Positions 30,011 to 37,666 of a stretch of DNA of 64,000 bases are shown here, in pieces. The notes under the pieces were generated by a model. It was not told where the DNA came from and searched no databases. It saw only the letters and a list, made by a program, of their open reading frames with translations. This DNA comes from a virus. The stretch is taken from positions 3,698 through 67,697 of the IMG/VR virus record IMGVR_UViG_3300046171_000267; one strand, given 5' to 3'. The translations under genes and the position numbers were made by a program. How positions within the stretch are numbered: the first letter of the stretch is position 1; every line of letters starts with the position of its first letter.

Positions 30011-30709
30011 TTAGTTATTGGTGGCAGTCATTCTTTTGATATTTGCCTCGATGTGCACCTTGTCTGCCTTAAGGCTTGCACTGAGACCTATGTTATTGAT
30101 GAATTGATCACGCTCTGCAGGGGGCAGTGTGTGAATCAGTTTGAGCCATTCAGCTCCGCCATATTTTGGCTTGCGGGGAGTCTCCGCAGTGATTGCTTCT
30201 CCTCCATCCCATCCGATATCATCAGGGATAGAGTCGGCTAAAAGTTCTAGGGTCAGCCTGTCATTCTCGTTCTCACCATTGCTTGCCCGATTGATCAGCT
30301 TGAGTAACTTCTCGGCATTCTTGGCAATGCCTGCTTGCTTGATTATTTCCCAGAACAGCTTGGGGTTGGTAGCCTGTACAGGGAAGGCATTGCCAGTATC
30401 GATACCGATATCGGACATCGTGTCCTCTTTGTCTTTACTCGGAACCTTTGGAGACGATGTATCAAACTTAACATCACCAAACTGAAACCCTGAAGGAACG
30501 ATGCGACCCTCTTCAAGCTTATCAAGCTCTTCAAAGACAGCATTCGAAGCTTCTATTCGTACCTCACTTAGGAGATAGTCAGCTTGTTGCTGTAGCATTT
30601 TAGCACGAAAGAATTTTTCCTCCGTACCCTCTGGTACATTCAGATGTGTACGCTGTTTAGAATTAGACTTTTTCTTAGTCTCTTTGACTGGTATATTTAG
30701 ATCACTCAT
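30011..30709 (-). CDS. Hypothetical protein
   Basis: 232-aa ORF directly downstream of a motif copy. Confidence 0.55.
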   Translation of the reverse strand: MSDLNIPVKETKKKSNSKQRTHLNVPEGTEEKFFRAKMLQQQADYLLSEVRIEASNAVFEELDKLEEGRIVPSGFQFGDVKFDTSSPKVPSKDKEDTMSDIGIDTGNAFPVQATNPKLFWEIIKQAGIAKNAEKLLKLINRASNGENENDRLTLELLADSIPDDIGWDGGEAITAETPRKPKYGGAEWLKLIHTLPPAERDQFINNIGLSASLKADKVHIEANIKRMTATNN

Positions 30710-30711
30710 AT

Positions 30712-30728
30712 CTAGTTTATTAGGTTAC
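30712..30728 (-). promoter_or_regulatory. Recurrent phage motif copy (GTAACCTAATAAACTAG)
   Basis: Identical to the copy upstream of the capsid gene; fills the intergenic gap. Confidence 0.7.
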
Positions 30729-31505
30729 TTAAGCAGCCCGTAAATTTTGACTGCGGTTGAAATTATCTTCATTAACAATGAAGTGCTCCTTGCCTCCCTT
30801 GGCATCACCCTTAGCCTTGAGTGCAATGATGTCACCATTACGGGTAAGGTTCATAAGATCGGAGTTATCGCCATCATAGATCGGGCGACCAAGGAACCAC
30901 TCAGGGAAGTCCATATCAAAGACAACGGACATAGGCAGGTCAGTCTTCATAGCTCGCTCAACAGATGGCTGGTATGCAGGAGCACCTGACCAAGAGAACA
31001 TGAGCCTGTAGTTGTCAGGAGTCTTGAGTAGGCGACCACTGAGCTTGGTGTAGTCGTAGAAGAATATATCAGGGAACTCCTGAGGTATCTCATACTTCTC
31101 CCATACGATGTCACTGATGACATTGAGTCGCATGACAGGCAGTACGCCTGTTGAGTTGCAAAGCTTTTGAAACTTGGATAACTCATCCCTGAGCTTGGAC
31201 AGGAAAGCATCGGGGTCATTGCGTAGCCAGTCACGCTTACCCTCACGGGCAGCCTGAACAGGCTTCATCTTGCCACGCCCTGCAGACATCAGGCAGGATC
31301 GTTGGCAGTCAGCAGACTTAGATGCAGGACAAGCCCAGTCGCTTGGAGCGAGTGAGAGACCGCCAACACGAAAGGCAGTGACATGAGATTGCATGACAGA
31401 GCCAAGCCATGTGTACAGCAGGTCATCTGTCTTGTTGTTAGTTTTGCGAAGCTTGGTGTTACCACCGTTAGCTCCGCCAGTATCGAGTAGTTTATTGATC
31501 TTCAT
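30729..31505 (-). CDS. GP88 family phage protein
   Basis: CPAS..ADC..SCLMSAGRG, RLNVISDIVWE, FYDYTK motifs. Confidence 0.8.
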   Translation of the reverse strand: MKINKLLDTGGANGGNTKLRKTNNKTDDLLYTWLGSVMQSHVTAFRVGGLSLAPSDWACPASKSADCQRSCLMSAGRGKMKPVQAAREGKRDWLRNDPDAFLSKLRDELSKFQKLCNSTGVLPVMRLNVISDIVWEKYEIPQEFPDIFFYDYTKLSGRLLKTPDNYRLMFSWSGAPAYQPSVERAMKTDLPMSVVFDMDFPEWFLGRPIYDGDNSDLMNLTRNGDIIALKAKGDAKGGKEHFIVNEDNFNRSQNLRAA

Positions 31506-31830
31506 TGTGATTATTATGTATTTTTATTAGGTCATTAGCCTGTTTGTCTGTGGCGATGACTGATATAGATTTGTTTTTTGAGTCCCATATGACCAGTGGG
31601 CCACATGGGATGGCTACCCCTGAGACTGATTCCCTAATAATGGCAATGCTTGCCCTGTGTTGCATCATGAATGCCTCGGATACCTCCATAGGCATCCTTT
31701 GCATACAGTAGTGAGCGAAAGCTTCAGCCGACAGTGACTGCTTTTCTGTTGAGAGCATGAGTGTGGTCACTATCTCCAGCATTTCATCACAGGGTGTGAT
31801 TGTTATGGGTATTTTTATTTCCATCTGCAT
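31492..31830 (-). CDS. Hypothetical protein
   Basis: ORF in operon. Confidence 0.5.
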   Translation of the reverse strand: MQMEIKIPITITPCDEMLEIVTTLMLSTEKQSLSAEAFAHYCMQRMPMEVSEAFMMQHRASIAIIRESVSGVAIPCGPLVIWDSKNKSISVIATDKQANDLIKIHNNHNEDQ

Positions 31831-32519
31831 TTAATCATTTTCATGCAGTTCCCCCTCGTGAACCGCATATCTTTGTGTTTGAGGACAAACCCCTCAAGGT
31901 CAGGCCAATCAAGATGCCTGTGCTTTTTATTCTTTGAATGATGCCTCCATATCTCCTCCATATCAGGACAGCCCGATTCGTTTGCCAGCTCAGCGTCGTC
32001 AAACTCGTTGTACATGACTTCGTTTGCACAAATAAAGTCTGAGCACAGTGGACGGGAGATATTAGGAGCTAGGGTAGGGTCTAGCATGATTGCGTAGTCC
32101 ATCCACATATGGGTTATTTTCCTTCTTTCCCCGTGTGGCGTATCTCCGCAGTACAGGGCGTTGTAGTAGACAATATCAAAAGGGTAGAATACTCCTTTAT
32201 ATAGCTCGCCATGCACGACTGACTTTGTCCACCGCCACTTGAATTGTTCCTTGATATCGGGATTCGCAATCGCATCAGCCAGTTGTGATAGGATGTTAGT
32301 CGGAGCCCCCTCATGACTTGTACCTTTTACATGAGGAGTCAGATCAGTCATCTCCTCACCGTGTCTGTTGTAGAACTTACCGTATTCCATGATACAGTAT
32401 GTCCCGTTAACCTTGGGAGAAACATAGTAGTCACCTATGTTATTCACCAAAGACCCTACAACAGCAGGAGATATAGAATGAGCAGGACGCATAGCCCCTA
32501 AGTGATGAGAAGGATTCAT
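31815..32519 (-). CDS. ATP-dependent ligase/capping-family nucleotidyltransferase domain without OB domain
   Basis: Motif I SPKVNG, III VHGEL, IIIa YPFDI, IV EGFVLK, V MIKCR; likely ATG at 32519 (ATGA overlap). Confidence 0.7.
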   Translation of the reverse strand: MNPSHHLGAMRPAHSISPAVVGSLVNNIGDYYVSPKVNGTYCIMEYGKFYNRHGEEMTDLTPHVKGTSHEGAPTNILSQLADAIANPDIKEQFKWRWTKSVVHGELYKGVFYPFDIVYYNALYCGDTPHGERRKITHMWMDYAIMLDPTLAPNISRPLCSDFICANEVMYNEFDDAELANESGCPDMEEIWRHHSKNKKHRHLDWPDLEGFVLKHKDMRFTRGNCMKMIKCRWK

Positions 32520-32782
32520 CCGATCATCTCCTTGTATGCAGGACGAATGACTGACTCTAAGAGCAAGCCACCACCGAATGATCTCGGCTGGCATTTATTC
32601 AGGAAATCCTCAAAAGTCCAGTCCTCTCCCTTATCCTTAAGAAACAGCCAAAGCTTTTTCATTTTACTCATGTCACCCAATGGAAGCCTGAGTGAGGCTT
32701 GATTTATATATAGCTCCATAGAGCCATCATCATGATTAGTTTCGGTCATCGTAGTGACCCCTAGTTTATGTATCTTGTGCAT
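32516..32782 (-). CDS. Hypothetical protein
   Basis: ORF in operon. Confidence 0.45.
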   Translation of the reverse strand: MHKIHKLGVTTMTETNHDDGSMELYINQASLRLPLGDMSKMKKLWLFLKDKGEDWTFEDFLNKCQPRSFGGGLLLESVIRPAYKEMIG

Positions 32783-32954
32783 TTTCTATTTCCTTGTATC
32801 CTGCCTCTTGAAGTAAGCCGACAAACTGCAGGTAATGTTCGAGACAAGAGAATTGAATTTCCTTATCTACCGTTTTGCTGACTTGGTAATGAATGTAGTA
32901 CAAAGGCTGCGCTACATCCTGAATTAATTTTTGAGTATAAGTTTTAGGTTTCAT
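32766..32954 (-). CDS. Hypothetical protein
   Basis: ORF in operon. Confidence 0.45.
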   Translation of the reverse strand: MKPKTYTQKLIQDVAQPLYYIHYQVSKTVDKEIQFSCLEHYLQFVGLLQEAGYKEIENAQDT

Positions 32955-33895
32955 CTGTTTGGTTTCCTTACCTTGTAGATAACCTGAGGATATCTACCTG
33001 TTTTATCAGGGATGGGCGGAATAAGTATCTGCTGTCCCTGCATATTTGTGTAGTAGTCCGACCTAAGTGTACGGACATGGCCTATTCTGCCATTCTCTAG
33101 AGAGCGTGGGATGCTGGCATTGCCTTGCTTCTTTGCATATTCCCTGACCACCCTTGGCAAATAAACAACTCTCATCAGTCCTCCCTTATCGGGTACACTG
33201 AATCCCTTGGACTTGAGCTTACGCTTGGTTCGCTCGTCCTTCTTGTTGATTTGTTGAGGGCGAAAATATGAGATAGAGCTGTAGGCGAACACAGCCAAGA
33301 GCATCTTAAGTGAGCTCATGATTGTGTTACCAACAACCATAGGATCACCTAGCTCCCTAACGATATCGGAATCTTTCCACGCATGGGCAGTCTCCATGAT
33401 ACCATCGTTCAATTGATCAAAGGAGTATTCCAATGGGATATTCCCGTAGCATTTACCCTTAGATGTCTTGATGGCATACATAAGAACCTCGCCCCCGTCG
33501 AAGATGGGTACTTCCCGCTTATGCCAGTATCTGTTTAGCCAAAAGTACATAGACTCGCAGTACTGACCATCCCACTGATCCGTGAATGCTCCTGCTTCGA
33601 GCATCTTGCGTAAGTGATCGATAATCTCATGAGTGCTACCCCTTGAGACAGAGATGTCATACACCTCGTCTGCCTCATACTGCACTCTTAGCGTCTTGGC
33701 AGGCCATTTGACCTCACCAAAGGTGCTGTCCACCTTACAGGCATTGATAGCCTGCATAGCTGACTTCTCTACAAACATAGTAGAGTGATTAGTCATCAGC
33801 CTAGCATCCAATGCCAGACTGACAGCCTCAGGCAGAATTTTTTCCATATTCCAAAGCCCCTTGGCTGATTGCATTATTTGTTCTGTTCTTGTCAT
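32951..33895 (-). CDS. Hypothetical phage protein (C-terminal RIGHVR motif)
   Basis: Likely ATG at 33895 directly after a motif copy. Confidence 0.55.
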   Translation of the reverse strand: MTRTEQIMQSAKGLWNMEKILPEAVSLALDARLMTNHSTMFVEKSAMQAINACKVDSTFGEVKWPAKTLRVQYEADEVYDISVSRGSTHEIIDHLRKMLEAGAFTDQWDGQYCESMYFWLNRYWHKREVPIFDGGEVLMYAIKTSKGKCYGNIPLEYSFDQLNDGIMETAHAWKDSDIVRELGDPMVVGNTIMSSLKMLLAVFAYSSISYFRPQQINKKDERTKRKLKSKGFSVPDKGGLMRVVYLPRVVREYAKKQGNASIPRSLENGRIGHVRTLRSDYYTNMQGQQILIPPIPDKTGRYPQVIYKVRKPNR

Positions 33896-33908
33896 ATAGT
33901 TTACTAGG

Positions 33909-34205
33909 TTACTTATCTTCCTTGTAGAGCAACAGCCCCTCAAAGTCCTCTACTGACCGCTCATGAAAGAAGTCAGGGAAGTCGCAAGCTTCCGAGGTGA
34001 ATCCGCAGTGCGGACACTCGATGTTGTCGCAATCATCCGTGCTATGGAGCATGACATGACCGCACTGACCGCAGGTCACGATGTTAATACCAGTTTTCTC
34101 GATGACCCGCTGAGCCATCTCGCACTGCTGATCCCATCGTTGTTTCACGACTAAAGCTCTCTCTCTTCGGTCATTCATAATATTGTTATCGCACATTATA
34201 TTCAT
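33909..34205 (-). CDS. Zinc-ribbon protein
   Basis: CGQCG...CPHCG. Confidence 0.6.
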   Translation of the reverse strand: MNIMCDNNIMNDRRERALVVKQRWDQQCEMAQRVIEKTGINIVTCGQCGHVMLHSTDDCDNIECPHCGFTSEACDFPDFFHERSVEDFEGLLLYKEDK

Positions 34206-34207
34206 AA

Positions 34208-34483
34208 TTATATCCCGTTGAATGAGGTTGATACCTGAGGCAAGAATCCATTCCTGCCATTCTCATGAAGGTATGCTCTCAAGTACAGAGATACATCCTC
34301 ATATGCCTCCCTGCATCCTGCCTTGGTACGCTTGTACTTCTTGTCAGTGATCATTGAGGCTTGCTTGAGAACTTCAGTCATGGTGAGGCTTGAGTGCTTC
34401 ATGCCCACAGACATCATTCTCAGGTGGCCCTTGATAAACATAGCCTTCACGGCCCTTCGCTTGGGGTTTAATATTATACTCAT
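34208..34483 (-). CDS. Hypothetical protein
   Basis: ORF in operon. Confidence 0.55.
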   Translation of the reverse strand: MSIILNPKRRAVKAMFIKGHLRMMSVGMKHSSLTMTEVLKQASMITDKKYKRTKAGCREAYEDVSLYLRAYLHENGRNGFLPQVSTSFNGI

Positions 34484-34779
34484 ATTTGATCCTCCATTAG
34501 TTTTGACCCTATGGTCTCGGATATTCTTATGATCGACTGTATACCCTTTTGAATTACCTCTCTGCCCGTAGACAGGTTCTCTTGATCATTCATGGGACGA
34601 ATGTAGTGATTACGCCCGTGAAAGCTCTCAAAGGGGAAAGCTTCCATAGCGTCCTGTAGTTTGATTGCAAAGTTAGTCCACTCATTGATGAGAGATTCCC
34701 TTGAATTGCCGTTCATGTGAACTGCAGGCATAACAGCCTGCGCCACAAACTTTTCATGTGCTGTAAGTTCCTTACTCAT
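34480..34779 (-). CDS. Hypothetical protein (PxVHMNGNS...HGRNHY motif)
   Basis: Motif seen in phage early genes. Confidence 0.55.
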   Translation of the reverse strand: MSKELTAHEKFVAQAVMPAVHMNGNSRESLINEWTNFAIKLQDAMEAFPFESFHGRNHYIRPMNDQENLSTGREVIQKGIQSIIRISETIGSKLMEDQI

Positions 34780-34890
34780 CTCTCAGCATCATGTACAGGG
34801 CGAACCCTGAGGTTAATAACACACATGACGCAAACAGCCATGTGAACCCATAAACAATTATTGTTTCCATATCCTTCCCCTTCTAGTTAT

Positions 34891-35106
34891 TTAGGTTACA
34901 TCGTACACAAAGTCGATAGCTTTGTTCGTTCTGATCAGCTCATCGAGCTTCCTAATAGCTACATCACGATTGGCTTTGGCGTAGTCGCCATCGTCAGCCT
35001 CGGCAATGTCCTGAGCCATCTCCCCAATTTTATTGAGGAGATCAATTTTATGACTAAATAGGCAATCCTTTACCATTGCCTGTCCTTCTTTTTTATCTTC
35101 TGGCAT
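34891..35106 (-). CDS. Hypothetical protein
   Basis: First ORF downstream (on the - strand) of the non-coding element. Confidence 0.5.
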   Translation of the reverse strand: MPEDKKEGQAMVKDCLFSHKIDLLNKIGEMAQDIAEADDGDYAKANRDVAIRKLDELIRTNKAIDFVYDVT

Positions 35107-35109
35107 AAT

Positions 35110-35690
35110 ATTTTATTTTGTTGTGTTAGTGTTGGTTAAATTGTCCGTCGTTGTGTCCCGTCAGCCCCCTTCCCGCTGACAAGCGTAGTACTACTCCCGT
35201 ATAACCTCAGTGTACCTGAGGTAGTACTCCCGTATATAACACAACAACAATGATGAGATAAAATCTGCCTGCTTTTTGTCGAGAAGCAGGTGAAACTCGT
35301 CTTTCTGTTTGTTTGTTTGTTTGTTACCCAAAGGGTAGGGTGGTTCCTGCGAACATAAGGAACCCAAGCAAGTACGCTATGCTCCCCTTGGGATAAAGTG
35401 ACGGCTCTTTGGGATGGCAGGCCTCACCCTCGTCACGGGATTGTTCGCACAGCCATCATTCTGCTTCTTTTAAAGACGAAGTCGCCTCCAGAGAGCCGAA
35501 CTATTTAGAGCTAGTTATACTCTAGGGATACTGCAGGTACACTCCTACCGAGTGTCGTAGAGGTATCCTTGTTTGCCTAGCCTCCATATGGAGCCACAAA
35601 GCGTACCTGCAGAAAGTGAAAATTGATCGGGGAGCGGTGCACCAAACAGTAGAGGCAGTCAGTGCTACGATATCGTGATAGGAAAGAGGT
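35110..35690 (+). ncRNA. Putative large structured non-coding RNA or structured DNA element
   Basis: ~590 bp with no ORF of 60 aa or more; more than 12 complementary helices including long-range and loop-loop pairings; wobble pairs are G-U on the + strand. Confidence 0.55.
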
Positions 35691-35697
35691 TCCATAA

Positions 35698-36036
35698 TTA
35701 GAACCTTCCTGTTTCATAGTTATAACCTTTAACTTTTCCAATTACCTTGCCCGTCAAGTTTGACTTTCTCAAAATTGATTTAGGGCATGAATCAATTACC
35801 GTTTCAAGAGAAGCCTTATAAGGATTCAACTTGATATCATTTGAGCCGATTACATCAAGAGGGCTTGCAATCGATTGAGCTTTTTTCTTGATTGGCAATC
35901 TTTTATATTTTGCCCTTGCTTGCTCAATCTTTTCCAATCGTTCAATCTCTTTTATTGTGCTTATAGAATCATTCATTTCACTTGATGTGTTTGAATGCCA
36001 AAATTTATTTTCCTTTTTTATTTCTCTTTTATTCAT
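35698..36036 (-). CDS. Basic hypothetical protein (putative leading-region gene)
   Basis: 112-aa ORF; atypical composition. Confidence 0.55.
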   Translation of the reverse strand: MNKREIKKENKFWHSNTSSEMNDSISTIKEIERLEKIEQARAKYKRLPIKKKAQSIASPLDVIGSNDIKLNPYKASLETVIDSCPKSILRKSNLTGKVIGKVKGYNYETGRF

Positions 36037-36037
36037 T

Positions 36038-36529
36038 TTAATTTTTTCCCTTATTCATTAAGGATTCATTCAAATCAACCCATATTCTTTCCGCTTGCTC
36101 TAAAGCCCGTTTGGCTTTTCTTCTTACTCTTGCCGATTGCCCGTTTACGGAAAGATCATATTTTTCATTTACCCAATCAAAGTCTATATTTACCCAACGC
36201 TTATTTGAGCCGTCAAATTTTCTTGCCCGTCTCAATCCAAACCTTACAGAATCAATAATTGAGCCGTCTTTTTTCGTTTCAATTACAAGCTCTCGTAAAG
36301 TCAATTTTGCCCTAAAGCTTTTCCTTTGAATGAAAGAGCCGTGAAATAATTTCAACGCGGGCATGTATGAAAGCCTTTGATATCTTGTTTTCCAATTACC
36401 ATTTTCCTCTTGGTAATCATGAGAAGTTTGACGGGAAAGTAAAAAGCCTTGATTTTTTCTACCGTCAATATGCGATTGAGCCCGTAAATATCTAAAGCCC
36501 GTTCGTTCAACATTCTTTTTATAATTCAC
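36038..36529 (-). CDS. Basic hypothetical protein (putative leading-region gene)
   Basis: 163-aa ORF with GTG start; atypical composition. Confidence 0.55.
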   Translation of the reverse strand: MNYKKNVERTGFRYLRAQSHIDGRKNQGFLLSRQTSHDYQEENGNWKTRYQRLSYMPALKLFHGSFIQRKSFRAKLTLRELVIETKKDGSIIDSVRFGLRRARKFDGSNKRWVNIDFDWVNEKYDLSVNGQSARVRRKAKRALEQAERIWVDLNESLMNKGKN

Positions 36530-36552
36530 TTTTTACTTTCCCGTCTTAAGTT

Positions 36553-37206
36553 TTACTTGATTGGCAAGCTCTTTTGTTTTGCTTGATTGAGCTTGTCGTT
36601 TTCTTTGTATTTTATGCCCTTTGAATCAAGAAAAGCCTTAAGTTTTGCTTGCCCTTGTAAGCCCTTTGCAATGGCTTTTTGTGCAACCTTTGATCTCTTG
36701 ACGGCTTGGTTATCAGTAAGCAAAGCCCTTGAAACAATTTGAAAGCAAGGTTTTTCCTCGTGTATTACCCCGTCAATTTTCGTTTCCAATATTTTAACGC
36801 CTTTAAGGGCAAGAGTTTTTCCTAAATCTTTGCCCATTTCCTTATCACTTGCCCGTTCGTTCAAGCCCTCTTTTCTTGCAAGGGTAATCTCATTCAATTG
36901 GTCTTTAGTCAAGGGCTTGACATTTCGACGAACGGAAAACTTGCCCTTGCTTTCCGTTAAAATTTCCCCGTCCGAAATAATCCCAACATTACCGAGCCCT
37001 TCCCGTTCTGCTATTATCAAAGCTTGAAAGGTAATCGCATTAATTTTGGGCAAGCTCTTTTCAATTCTCTTTTCAAGAGCTCTTTTATTTTTCATGAATT
37101 GAGGAAAGGTAATCTTTCCGCTTTCCATCAAGGTTTTGGTTTGACCAAGTTTGGTAAGTGAACACGCGAGCGTATCACTCAATTTGTATTGAGGTGTTAT
37201 TTTCAT
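36553..37206 (-). CDS. Basic hypothetical protein (putative first early gene)
   Basis: 217-aa Lys-rich ORF; atypical composition. Confidence 0.6.
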   Translation of the reverse strand: MKITPQYKLSDTLACSLTKLGQTKTLMESGKITFPQFMKNKRALEKRIEKSLPKINAITFQALIIAEREGLGNVGIISDGEILTESKGKFSVRRNVKPLTKDQLNEITLARKEGLNERASDKEMGKDLGKTLALKGVKILETKIDGVIHEEKPCFQIVSRALLTDNQAVKRSKVAQKAIAKGLQGQAKLKAFLDSKGIKYKENDKLNQAKQKSLPIK

Positions 37207-37495
37207 TGTATTGTTTTGTTATTATTTAGTAAGTACTTTTCAGTACATTGATTAATTGCGAGCCCTTGCTTTTTGCTAATGGCTCTTGAAAGTTTTTACT
37301 AGTCTCTAGGCTTTGCCCTTTCTTGGTTGGGATGGTTGCAATCTCTCAAATCATGAGATGCAAAAAGATCAAGAGCCGTTGGGCTTTGATCGAGTTGAAT
37401 ATATGTAAATGAAGATTTGATACATAGGATGAATTTTAATTGTTGCGTACCAATGCTTTACGAAACAAGTGTAACCTAACTAAGATTAGGTAACA

Positions 37496-37521
37496 GGGGG
37501 GCGAAGGGGGGGGAGGGGGGG
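37496..37521 (+). other. Poly-G tract G6-CGAA-G8-A-G7 (G-quadruplex-capable; candidate terminus/packaging-site region)
   Basis: Directly visible at the divergence point between the - and + gene blocks. Confidence 0.5.
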
Positions 37522-37627
37522 TCATTATTCTGTATTATATGTACCTTTTCTCAACTTTCTGGCATCCAAAACACTTCTAGAACGCCTATTCCAGCCCCAT
37601 ACACCCCCCTAAAAAGGCTTTGGGGAG

Positions 37628-37656
37628 TTGACGCAGGGGTAAACACCTAGTAAACT
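37628..37656 (+). promoter_or_regulatory. Sigma70-like promoter TTGACG-17-TAAACT overlapped by palindrome ACCTAG-TAAA-CTAGGT
   Basis: -35 at 37628-37633, -10 at 37651-37656, ATG at 37667. Confidence 0.6.
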
Positions 37657-37666
37657 AGGTAACATT

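Noticed and set aside
35248-35302. Hammerhead ribozyme (TGATGA...GAAAC)
   Set aside because: Core reads ATGATGA rather than CTGATGA, and stems I/III with a cleavage triplet cannot be built convincingly
35501-35526. Cas9 repeat/tracrRNA-like TTTAGAGCTA
   Set aside because: Only a ~10-nt match that forms a local hairpin; no Cas9/IscB or array nearby
35110-35690. Group I/II intron, tmRNA or RNase P identity for the structured element
   Set aside because: I could not find the P7/S, domain V, tRNA-like ends or RNase P conserved regions, and no interrupted gene flanks it
22576-37490. Independent integrative element or satellite inserted in the phage
   Set aside because: No flanking att direct repeats seen, and the same GTAACCTA motif occurs inside and outside the block
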